From NCBI GenBank assembly GCA_002787255.1, contig PCWD01000012.1, forward strand, positions 8,425-41,546: a stretch of DNA of 33,122 nt. Reading direction: 5' to 3'. Position 1 is the first letter of the stretch, and every line of letters begins with the position of its first letter. This DNA is from Parcubacteria group bacterium CG11_big_fil_rev_8_21_14_0_20_39_14 (lineage in GTDB: Bacteria > Patescibacteriota > Minisyncoccia > Minisyncoccales > GCA-002787255). The notes beneath the pieces were generated by a model, which did no database searches, was not told the origin of the DNA, and saw only the letters and a program-made list of their open reading frames with translations. Positions 15,534 to 22,679 of this stretch are shown piece after piece. Made by a program: the position numbers and the translations under genes.

Positions 15534-15872
15534 ATGACGATAGAGCGAAAACCGGTAGAAGATTATTTTGAAGAACAGAAAAGAAAATTTGAAGAAGCGG
15601 TAGGACCAATAAAGGATAAATTATTGGAAATATTGTTTGAAGATTCAGGGAGACTCTACTCTGCTAAAGAGCTGGGAGAAAAAATTGGATTGGCTGAATC
15701 CTGCTGTCAAGAAGAAAGTTGTCAGTATTCAGACTGCCCCAGATATTTAGAGCCAGCCCTGAAAGCTCTTTTGGCTGAAGAAAAAATAATTGCTTATCCC
15801 TGGCCATTTCCCCCGACTGAAAAAACCGAACTTTATTTTGGAATTAATTTATTTTGGGGAATTGAAAAATAG
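15534..15872 (+). CDS. Hypothetical protein (possible winged-helix fold, Cys cluster CCQEESCQYSDC)
   Basis: 112 aa with a strong SD (GGAGGTG) 5 nt upstream of the ATG. No family recognised. Confidence 0.6.
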   Translation: MTIERKPVEDYFEEQKRKFEEAVGPIKDKLLEILFEDSGRLYSAKELGEKIGLAESCCQEESCQYSDCPRYLEPALKALLAEEKIIAYPWPFPPTEKTELYFGINLFWGIEK

Positions 15873-15990
15873 TATGCGAACAGACTTAAAAAACTTGCTT
15901 AAAATAGGCAAGTTTTTTTCTTGCAGTCAGTCAGTAAGTATTGATTTCTTTTTATTAAGATTATATTATATATTTGAAGCCGTTGAACAA

Positions 15991-16140
15991 GTATATTTTC
16001 GCGTAGTTTAGCGTACTGTTTCGCGTGGTTTAGCGTTAAATCCATCCCAATCGCGAAACTACGCTAAACCCCGAAGGAGAGGCTTTACGACCCTAGGGGG
16101 CAGGCTTTACGCAAAACCACGCTGAATTATTCAACGGTCT
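15991..16140 (+). promoter_or_regulatory. 'ACGCTAAA/ACGCTGAA' word cassette upstream of metK
   Basis: gtttagcgt occurs twice (16006, 16028), facing acgctaaac (16061). gtttcgcg (16018) faces cgcgaaac (16052). The 22-nt box 16119-16140 acgctgaattattcaacggtct matches rc of 31859-31880 at 21/22. Confidence 0.5.
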
Positions 16141-16150
16141 AATTATATTC

Positions 16151-17305
16151 ATGAAAAATTTTCTTTTTACATCCGAGTCGGTGGCTGAAGGGCATCCTGA
16201 CAAAATAGCCGACCAAATTGCGGACGCGGTTTTAGACAAAGCATTGTCGCAGGATAAATACAGCCGGGTAGCTTGCGAGGTAGCGGTAGGGATGGGCTAT
16301 ATTATTGTCGGAGGAGAAATTACAACTAAAGCTTGGGTTGATATCGGAGAGGTGGCAAGGCGGGTAATAAAAGAAATTGGCTACGATAAGCCGGAGTACG
16401 GTTTTGACTATCGCACAGCAGCTATTTTTAACACTATTCATGGGCAGTCGCCTGATATTGCTATGGGAGTTCGAAAAACCGGAACCAGGGAACAAGGAGC
16501 CGGTGATCAGGGCATGATGACTGGCTATGCCTGCCGGGAAACGCCGGAGCTTATGCCCTTGCCGATAATGTTGTCCCACAAATTAGCCAAAAGATTAGCC
16601 GAGGTGAGAAAAAAGGGAATTCTGCCCTATTTAAGACCGGACGGAAAATCGCAGGTAACCGTAGAATATAGAGACAGCGTTGTCAAAAGGATTAATTCCG
16701 TAGTTATTGGCGCCCAGCATAATCCCGATATAGCGTTGGCTAAAATTAAAAAAGACATTATTAAAAATGTAATTAAACCCGTTTGTTCTGAATTTTTAGA
16801 CAAAAAGACAAAGTTTTATATTAACAATACCGGAAGATTTGTAATGGGTGGCCCGGTTTCCGATACCGGGATGTCGGGCAGAAAAATAATAGTTGATACT
16901 TACGGCGGAATGGTAGCTCATGGAGGCGGGAGTTTTTCAGGCAAGGACCCGACAAAAGTTGACAGAGCCGGCGCTTATATGACACGTTATATAGCTAAAA
17001 ATATTGTAGCCGCCGGTCTGGCAGACAAATGTGAAATTCAGATTGCTTATGTAATTGGCGGGACAAAACCCCTGTCTATTAATGTTGATACCTTCAAAAC
17101 TGGAAAGCTCCCCGATGAAAAGCTTACAAAAATCATTTTAAAAGTTTTTGATTTGTCTCCCGGCGGAATTATTCAAAAATTGGAGCTTTTGCGTCCAATT
17201 TATCAAAAAACAGCGTGTTTCGGGCATTTTGGTCGAGAGCTCCCAGAGTTTAGCTGGGAAAAGAAGGACAAGGTGGGGGAGTTATTGAAAATCGTAAAGA
17301 AATAA
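16151..17305 (+). CDS. metK: S-adenosylmethionine synthetase
   Basis: 384 aa with [25 protein letters not shown] and [19 protein letters not shown]. Confidence 0.97.
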   Translation: MKNFLFTSESVAEGHPDKIADQIADAVLDKALSQDKYSRVACEVAVGMGYIIVGGEITTKAWVDIGEVARRVIKEIGYDKPEYGFDYRTAAIFNTIHGQSPDIAMGVRKTGTREQGAGDQGMMTGYACRETPELMPLPIMLSHKLAKRLAEVRKKGILPYLRPDGKSQVTVEYRDSVVKRINSVVIGAQHNPDIALAKIKKDIIKNVIKPVCSEFLDKKTKFYINNTGRFVMGGPVSDTGMSGRKIIVDTYGGMVAHGGGSFSGKDPTKVDRAGAYMTRYIAKNIVAAGLADKCEIQIAYVIGGTKPLSINVDTFKTGKLPDEKLTKIILKVFDLSPGGIIQKLELLRPIYQKTACFGHFGRELPEFSWEKKDKVGELLKIVKK

Positions 17306-17317
17306 AAAGTAAGAATA

Positions 17318-17382
17318 CATACGAATAAAAATGCGAATTCAATGCGAATAATGGTTGCCATAGAATTTGTATTATAATTCGT
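17318..17382 (+). promoter_or_regulatory. Reused promoter/leader cassette, third copy
   Basis: catacgaataaaaatgcgaattcaatgcgaataatgg (17318-17354) is the same word string as the gyrA and MBL copies. TAGAAT (17361-17366) is followed by 16 nt (ttgtattataattcgt), then ATGGAATCTATG. Confidence 0.5.
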
Positions 17383-17724
17383 ATGGAATCTATGACCAGA
17401 TTTTTAAAGATTTTATTTTCTATTTTAGGGGCTATGTTTATTGGTTTTGGTTTGGGACTGGTTTTGGCCGATGCTTTGATTTTAACTTTTGCGGGAGTGA
17501 AATACTGGCTTTTGGTTTCGGGCGCTTTAATTTTGGGTGGATTTTTGCTTGGTTTAAGTTTTATCAAAAAAATCCCCCCCAAAAAAGTTCTTTCCGATGT
17601 CAAAACAGAGGCAGATGCCAAGAAAAAAGAGAAATCTTTTTTCGCTTCCGTTTTTGGCAGAACTGCGGCGGACAAGAAAGCTTTAGAGGACAAAGGAGAA
17701 AAAAATATTACAACTCCCCAGTAA
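17383..17724 (+). CDS. Small membrane protein (two TM helices, K/E-rich tail)
   Basis: 113 aa with helices FLKILFSILGAMFIGFGLGLVLA and WLLVSGALILGGFLLGLSFI. The shared cassette lies upstream in the matching orientation. An alternative start is ATG 17392. Confidence 0.65.
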   Translation: MESMTRFLKILFSILGAMFIGFGLGLVLADALILTFAGVKYWLLVSGALILGGFLLGLSFIKKIPPKKVLSDVKTEADAKKKEKSFFASVFGRTAADKKALEDKGEKNITTPQ

Positions 17725-17744
17725 AGATTCCAATAAAGTTGATA

Positions 17745-17816
17745 AAATCCAAATGACAAAATCCAAATGACAAATCCGTTCGGATTTGGCATTTGGGCTT
17801 TGACATTTGACATTTA
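17745..17816. repeat. Dyad word array (AAATCCAAATGACAA x2, then inverted TTTGACATTTG-type copies); long AT-rich hairpin
   Basis: The centre is caaatccg-ttc-ggatttg at 17771-17787. A related array, aaaatccaaatgacaa ... tttggatttt, lies at 19505-19560. Confidence 0.6.
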
Positions 17817-17821
17817 CAATT

Positions 17822-18115
17822 ATGGCAAAGAAACAAGCGACAACAAAAAAACAAAAACCCGACTATCTAGGTCGGGCAAAAAAAGAGATAAATGAATTTA
17901 TTGAAGAGCTGGTAAGGGCAGGAAAAGTAACTAAGAACGAGGGAGAAAAATATCTCAAGAGGTTTTGGAAAGAAACCGAGGATGAAAGAGAATTTTTGAG
18001 AGAAAAATTAGAAAAAACAGCCAGGGACATAAAGAAAAAAATAGATGTTCCCACCAGAGAGGAATTTGAGGAGCTCAAAAAAAGAGTAGAAGTTTTGGAA
18101 AAACATCATAAGTAA
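17822..18115 (+). CDS. Small charged protein, phasin-like (PHA-granule-regulator-like) by eye
   Basis: 97 aa from ATG 17822. The track start at TTG 17807 lies in the hairpin array. ELVRAGKVTKNEGEKYLK ... DVPTREEFEELKKRVEVLEK resembles the phasin-like family layout. Confidence 0.45.
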   Translation: MAKKQATTKKQKPDYLGRAKKEINEFIEELVRAGKVTKNEGEKYLKRFWKETEDEREFLREKLEKTARDIKKKIDVPTREEFEELKKRVEVLEKHHK

Positions 18116-18116
18116 C

Positions 18117-18138
18117 CTAACGGGGTTGACCCCGTTAG
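18117..18138 (+). terminator. Perfect 9-bp hairpin directly after the stop of 17822..18115
   Basis: ctaacgggg-ttga-ccccgttag. A second hairpin follows at 18150-18178 (cagaaaaaatttt gg aaaattttttctg). No strong U-tract is present. Confidence 0.45.
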
Positions 18139-18264
18139 AAATCTTGGGCAGAAAAAATTTTGGAAAAATTTTTTCTGTTATCAATAATGCCGGGCTGACT
18201 TCAACTTCTGTATTTCAGCCATCAATCCTGCTTGGTTAATATATGCGCCAGACTTCTAACGGGG

Positions 18265-18293
18265 TTGACAATAGTGGTTTGGCGTGCTATAAA
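18265..18293 (+). promoter_or_regulatory. Near-consensus sigma-70 promoter with extended -10
   Basis: TTGACA (18265-18270), 17 nt, TATAAA (18288-18293) preceded by TGc (18285-18287). It would give a ~150-nt leader for 18452..19489. Confidence 0.6.
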
Positions 18294-18451
18294 GAAAGAA
18301 GTGGGGCAACCCCCAATTATTATACGTAAATTAACGTAAATAGGAGTGGCTTTAAGACCAAAGAAGCGCCGCCTCTATTTACAAAAACTTGATGAAATTT
18401 AGGCAGAGTGTTTAATATAAACATTCTGAGAGGTGCCTCAGAAAAATAAAT

Positions 18452-19489
18452 ATGCAAAAATCTAAATTTAATTTTCAAAAATTAAGCCAGAAGCTTTTAA
18501 AAGTGCTGCCCCAAAAGTCAAAAGAGGTTATTGCTCGGAGATATGGTATTTCAACGGGCAGAAATGAAACCCTTCAGGAAATCGGAGAGAGTTTCGGAAT
18601 TACCAGAGAGAGGGTTCGTCAAATTGAAAATTGGGGATTCAAGATTTTAAAGGGGTCTTTCGAATTTAAAAAACTTGAACCAGTTTTTCAGAGCCTGGAA
18701 GAATATCTTAATTTTTTTGGAGGACTAAAAAGAGAGGATGTTTTATTTTACAATTTAGCTCCGGAATCTCAACATTCCGCTTTGAATTTGGTTTTAAAAT
18801 TATCTTCCGGTTTTGAAAGGGTTCCAGAGGGTTCTAAATTTTTTACCTTTTGGTCAGTGGGGAAAAATCCTCAAAATGCGGCAATAAGGGTTGTTGATTT
18901 TTTGGTTGAAAGCTTTAAAAAATGCGGTTCCCCAATGGAAGAGGGGGGGTTGCAAAAGATTTATCAAAAAGAGATTCCCGGGGTTTTGAAAAAGAAAATC
19001 TCAAAAGATGCTTTCTTTTCCTATCTTGAGATTTCTAAGGAAATTAAAAAGGGAGCTTTTGGCAAAATTGGATTGTTTTTTTGGCCCGAGATAAATCCTA
19101 AGGGGGTAAGGGACGAAGCCTACCTTTCTTTAAAAAAAGAATCAAAACCACTTCATTTTTCTGGGCTGACTACTTTAATAAATAAAGATTTTCACCAAAA
19201 AAATAAACCCGCTCAAGTTCAGACAGTTCACAATGAGTTAATAAAAGACCTCCGTTTTGTTTTAATCGGCCGGGGAGTTTACGCTCTGAAAGAATGGGGT
19301 TACGAGCCGGGAGTCGTTAAAGATGTAATCGTTAAAGTCTTAAAAGAAAACAAAAAACCTCTGACCAAAGAACAAATTGTAGACAAAGTTTTAAAATGTA
19401 GAGCGGTTAAGAAAAACACGGTTTTATTCAACCTTCAGGACAAAAATTATTTCAAAAAAATGACCGATGGAAAATACCAGATAGCCTAG
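18452..19489 (+). CDS. DNA-binding protein with N-terminal sigma-70 region-4 HTH and C-terminal HARE-HTH-like domain
   Basis: 345 aa. EVIARRYGI...ETLQEIGESFGITRERVRQIENWGFKIL matches sigma region 4. VHNELIKDLRFVLIGRGVYALKEWGYEPG matches the HARE-HTH (RNAP delta-like) signature. Confidence 0.7.
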   Translation: MQKSKFNFQKLSQKLLKVLPQKSKEVIARRYGISTGRNETLQEIGESFGITRERVRQIENWGFKILKGSFEFKKLEPVFQSLEEYLNFFGGLKREDVLFYNLAPESQHSALNLVLKLSSGFERVPEGSKFFTFWSVGKNPQNAAIRVVDFLVESFKKCGSPMEEGGLQKIYQKEIPGVLKKKISKDAFFSYLEISKEIKKGAFGKIGLFFWPEINPKGVRDEAYLSLKKESKPLHFSGLTTLINKDFHQKNKPAQVQTVHNELIKDLRFVLIGRGVYALKEWGYEPGVVKDVIVKVLKENKKPLTKEQIVDKVLKCRAVKKNTVLFNLQDKNYFKKMTDGKYQIA

Positions 19490-19504
19490 AAAATTTCAAA
19501 TAGC

Positions 19505-19564
19505 AAAATCCAAATGACAAAAAATTGTTTTTGATATTTGAGCTTTGGAATTTGGATTTTTTTT
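19505..19564 (+). terminator. Long AT-rich hairpin with U-tract between 18452..19489 and 19569..20819
   Basis: aaaatccaaat (19505-19515) pairs with atttggatttt (19550-19560), followed by tttt. It ends 4 nt before the next ATG, so it may attenuate rather than fully terminate. Confidence 0.4.
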
Positions 19565-19568
19565 GTAA

Positions 19569-20819
19569 ATGGAGCCTTCTGTAATTTTACAACCGCTTTT
19601 AAGCTTTTTGGGAGGCTGGTGGTGGACTTTTACACCCATAATTTTGGGTTTTATTTTTTGGGAGCTTTATGTTTTTTTTGTTCGGGAAAAATTTTTTTTA
19701 ACCATCAAATTTGTTTTACTGGAGATTAGTTTACCGCGGGAAGTTGAAAAAACCCCAAAAGCAATGGAGCAAGTCTGGGATGAATTTCACGGACTTCATG
19801 ATATTTTTAATTTGAAGGAATTGTATATTAAAGGAGAATTTGTCCAATGGCTGAGCTGTGAGATTGTTTCAAATGGCGGCAAAATTCATTTTTATATTCG
19901 GACTCCCGAGATCTTTCGAGATTTGGTGGAAAGCGCTCTTTATTCTCAATATCCCGAGGTGGAAATCAGCGAAGTTGAAGATTATGTAAGTTCTGTTCCG
20001 GCTGATATACCCAATCGGGCTTATGATATGTGGGGCTCGGATTTTATTTTAACAAAATCCGATCCCTATCCAATAAAATGTTATGAGGAGTTTGAAGAAA
20101 TAAAAGAGGAGAAAAGGGTTGACCCGTTGTCTTCTTTGGTAGAGGGATTAGGCACCCTAAAAGAAGGCGAGCAGATATGGCTTCAAATTTTAGCTCAACC
20201 AATTTTATTTGAGGGAAGGCCCGCAGCCGAAAAATTAATCAGTAAATTATTTGGAAAAAAATTTGATGAAGAATCCGGAACGATGAAAGAATTGGGAAAG
20301 TTCACAACCGATATAATTGATATAATTACTACCGGCAGGAAAGCCGAAACCAATGAAGAAATAAGCCAGATGGATATGTTTAAATCTTTTATGCTCACTC
20401 CCGGCGAGCGGGAAATTTTAGAGGGGATTGAGAAGAAAATGGATAAACTTCCATTTTTTTGCAATATCCGTTTTATTTACATTGCTAAAAAAGAGATTTT
20501 TTTCAAACCAAAAATTAGATTGGCAATGTCGCCGTTTAAGCAATTTACCACCTTAAATGCCAATGGTATAAAAATCGGCCCAAACAAGACTAAGATTAAT
20601 TATTTCTTTGTTGATAGAAGGGTTTATTACAGAAAAAGAAGATTGTTGAGGTTTTATAAAAGGCGGCTTTTTGAAGTAGGGTGGAAACCAAACATCTTAA
20701 ATGCTGAAGAATTGGCAACCATCTTTCATTTTCCAGGCAAGCTCGTTGCGCCGGCTCCCATGGTTTCCAGAGTTGAAGCCAGAAAAGGCGAGCCGCCACC
20801 CACACTTCCAACAGAATAA
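19569..20819 (+). CDS. Membrane-anchored protein of unknown family, partner of the downstream VirD4/TraD-like ATPase
   Basis: 416 aa. The N-terminal hydrophobic hairpin (LLSFLGGWWWTFTPIILGFIFWELYVFFV) is followed by a soluble region starting LLEISLPREVEKTPKAMEQVWDEFHGLH. No family recognised by eye. Confidence 0.6.
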   Translation: MEPSVILQPLLSFLGGWWWTFTPIILGFIFWELYVFFVREKFFLTIKFVLLEISLPREVEKTPKAMEQVWDEFHGLHDIFNLKELYIKGEFVQWLSCEIVSNGGKIHFYIRTPEIFRDLVESALYSQYPEVEISEVEDYVSSVPADIPNRAYDMWGSDFILTKSDPYPIKCYEEFEEIKEEKRVDPLSSLVEGLGTLKEGEQIWLQILAQPILFEGRPAAEKLISKLFGKKFDEESGTMKELGKFTTDIIDIITTGRKAETNEEISQMDMFKSFMLTPGEREILEGIEKKMDKLPFFCNIRFIYIAKKEIFFKPKIRLAMSPFKQFTTLNANGIKIGPNKTKINYFFVDRRVYYRKRRLLRFYKRRLFEVGWKPNILNAEELATIFHFPGKLVAPAPMVSRVEARKGEPPPTLPTE

Positions 20820-20885
20820 TAAATTGCAAATTGTAAATACCAAATCGTTGCGATAGGCGATTGGCGATAAGCAATCTGCGAAGAA

Positions 20886-22595
20886 ATGGAATTGCCAAAA
20901 AATAATGACATAACCTACTTTGCCGAAACAAATTTCAGAAATCAGAAAATTAAATTTGGCATCAGGCCCGATGACAGAAGGCGCCATCTTTATAGTGTTG
21001 GAAAAACCGGTATGGGAAAAACCGCTATGCTGGAAAATATGGCTATTCAGGATATTCAAAAAGGTCATGGTTTGGCGGTGGTTGACCCTCACGGCGAGTT
21101 TGCTGAAAAGATGCTTGACTTTGTTCCCTCCTCGCGGGTTAACGATGTGATTTATTTTAATCCGGCCGACATTGCTTACCCAATTGCTTTTAATGTCATT
21201 GAAAAAGTTCAGCCCGATTTCAGATATCTTATCGCTTCAGGGGTTTTGGGAGTGTTTAAAAAAATTTGGCCGGATGTCTGGTCGCCCCGAATGGAATACA
21301 TTTTAAACAACACCATACTGGCTCTTATTGAATACCCCGGGGCTACTCTTTTGGGAATAAATAGAATGCTGGCTGAAAAAGAATACAGGGATAAAGTAGT
21401 TAAAAGGATTACCGACCCCGGAGTAAAAGCTTTCTGGCTTAATGAATTTTCTAAATATCCGGACAGATTTCGAGAGGAAGCTGTGGCTCCAATTCAAAAT
21501 AAAGCCGGTCAGTTTATTTCCTCCCCCCTGATTCGCAATATTATCGGTCAGACAAAATCAACCATAAATGTCAGAAAGGTCATAGATGAGGGGAAAATTT
21601 TAATTTTAAATCTCTCTAAAGGCAGAATTGGCGAAGATGCTTCTCATTTGCTTGGCGCCTTGATGGTTTCCAAAATTCAATTAGCGGCAATGTCAAGAGT
21701 TAATATCCCCGAGGAGGAACGGAAGGATTTTTATCTTTATGTTGATGAATTTCAGAATTTTGCCACCGAATCTTTTGTCAATATTTTATCCGAAGCCAGA
21801 AAGTATCACCTTTGTTTAATTTTAGCTCATCAATATATTACCCAAATGGATGAGAAAGTCAGAGATGCGGTTTTTGGCAATGTCGGGACTTTGACAACTT
21901 TTCGGGTTGGAGCCGATGACGCTGAAGTTTTGGAGCCGGAATTTACTCCGGAATTTACGGCTCAGGATTTGGTGAATTTAGCAAAATACAATGTCTATTT
22001 AAAATTGATGATTGACGGAATTAGCTCCCGGGCTTTTTCGGCAGCAACTTTAGTTCCCTTTCAAAGACCAAAAGAAAATTATAGAGAAACAATTATTAAG
22101 GTTTCCCGGGAAAGATACGGGACTTTTCGCACAAAAATAGAAGAGAAAATTGTTAAATGGAGCGGGACGCTGGAACTTCCAGTCAGGGCAGAGGAGAAAG
22201 AAAGGGCCTTAGCCGCTGAGCTTTATGAAGCCCAATGCTGGGATTGCGGCAAATGGACCAGGGTAACTTTTAAGCCGGATGGAGTAAGGCCTGTTTACTG
22301 CAAAAGTTGTTTAAAAAAAACCAGAGAACAAAAAGAGCAGCAGAAAGATTATCGGGGAAATCGGGAGAATCGGGAGAATCGGGAGAGTGAGGGGAACTTA
22401 TCCTTAAAAGAGGCATTTCAAAAAGAGCCGGTATTTTTCAGGCCACGGAAAAAAGAGGAAGAGAAATTCACCAGAACAAGAGTTCGGCCCGATATTGGCG
22501 GATTAAGAAAAATTTTGACCAATAGAGATAGAGATAAAGAGGACGAATATCACGAGCTCTTAGAAAACGAAAGAGGGGGAGGGAGAAGAAGCTAA
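20886..22595 (+). CDS. VirD4/TraD/TraG-like coupling-protein-type P-loop ATPase lacking TM anchor, with C-terminal CxxC-x17-CxxC zinc ribbon and charged repeat tail
   Basis: 569 aa with Walker A GKTGMGKT and Walker B FYLYVDEFQNF. LILAHQYITQMD...VFGNVGTLTTFRVG is typical of the TraD/TraG C-terminal ATPase core. No N-terminal TM helices. Zinc ribbon CWDCGKWTRVTFKPDGVRPVYCKSC at 22236-22310. Confidence 0.75.
   Translation: MELPKNNDITYFAETNFRNQKIKFGIRPDDRRRHLYSVGKTGMGKTAMLENMAIQDIQKGHGLAVVDPHGEFAEKMLDFVPSSRVNDVIYFNPADIAYPIAFNVIEKVQPDFRYLIASGVLGVFKKIWPDVWSPRMEYILNNTILALIEYPGATLLGINRMLAEKEYRDKVVKRITDPGVKAFWLNEFSKYPDRFREEAVAPIQNKAGQFISSPLIRNIIGQTKSTINVRKVIDEGKILILNLSKGRIGEDASHLLGALMVSKIQLAAMSRVNIPEEERKDFYLYVDEFQNFATESFVNILSEARKYHLCLILAHQYITQMDEKVRDAVFGNVGTLTTFRVGADDAEVLEPEFTPEFTAQDLVNLAKYNVYLKLMIDGISSRAFSAATLVPFQRPKENYRETIIKVSRERYGTFRTKIEEKIVKWSGTLELPVRAEEKERALAAELYEAQCWDCGKWTRVTFKPDGVRPVYCKSCLKKTREQKEQQKDYRGNRENRENRESEGNLSLKEAFQKEPVFFRPRKKEEEKFTRTRVRPDIGGLRKILTNRDRDKEDEYHELLENERGGGRRS
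22351..22395 (+). repeat. In-frame 9-bp tandem repeat (ATCGGGAGA x3 plus two degenerate units) in the ATPase tail
   Basis: atcggggaa atcgggaga atcgggaga atcgggaga gtgagggga, encoding GNRENRENRESEG. Confidence 0.8.
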
Positions 22596-22679
22596 TCTTC
22601 CGCTTTGTTCTAAAAAGATACAATTTTTAACATAAGACCCGTACCTTAAAAATCTTTGTTTCTATGGAGGAATAAAAAA

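Noticed and set aside
15991-16150. SAM riboswitch upstream of metK.
   Set aside because: I could not find the conserved cores of SAM-I, -II, -IV, -V, -VI or SAM/SAH by eye. The same words and a 22-nt box also occur upstream of ald, which is not a SAM-regulated gene. I kept it only as a pairing-capable word cassette.
17250-17813. 187-aa minus-strand ORF overlapping 17383..17724.
   Set aside because: It overlaps the metK 3' end and the hairpin arrays, and its translation is repetitive. The plus-strand ORF has clean TM helices and the shared promoter cassette in the right orientation.
18346-18402. 18-codon upstream ORF (GTG; ALRPKKRRLYLQKLDEI) in the leader of 18452..19489.
   Set aside because: The AGGAG overlaps the GTG itself (no spacing), and nothing else supports translation. 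Noted only as a possibility.
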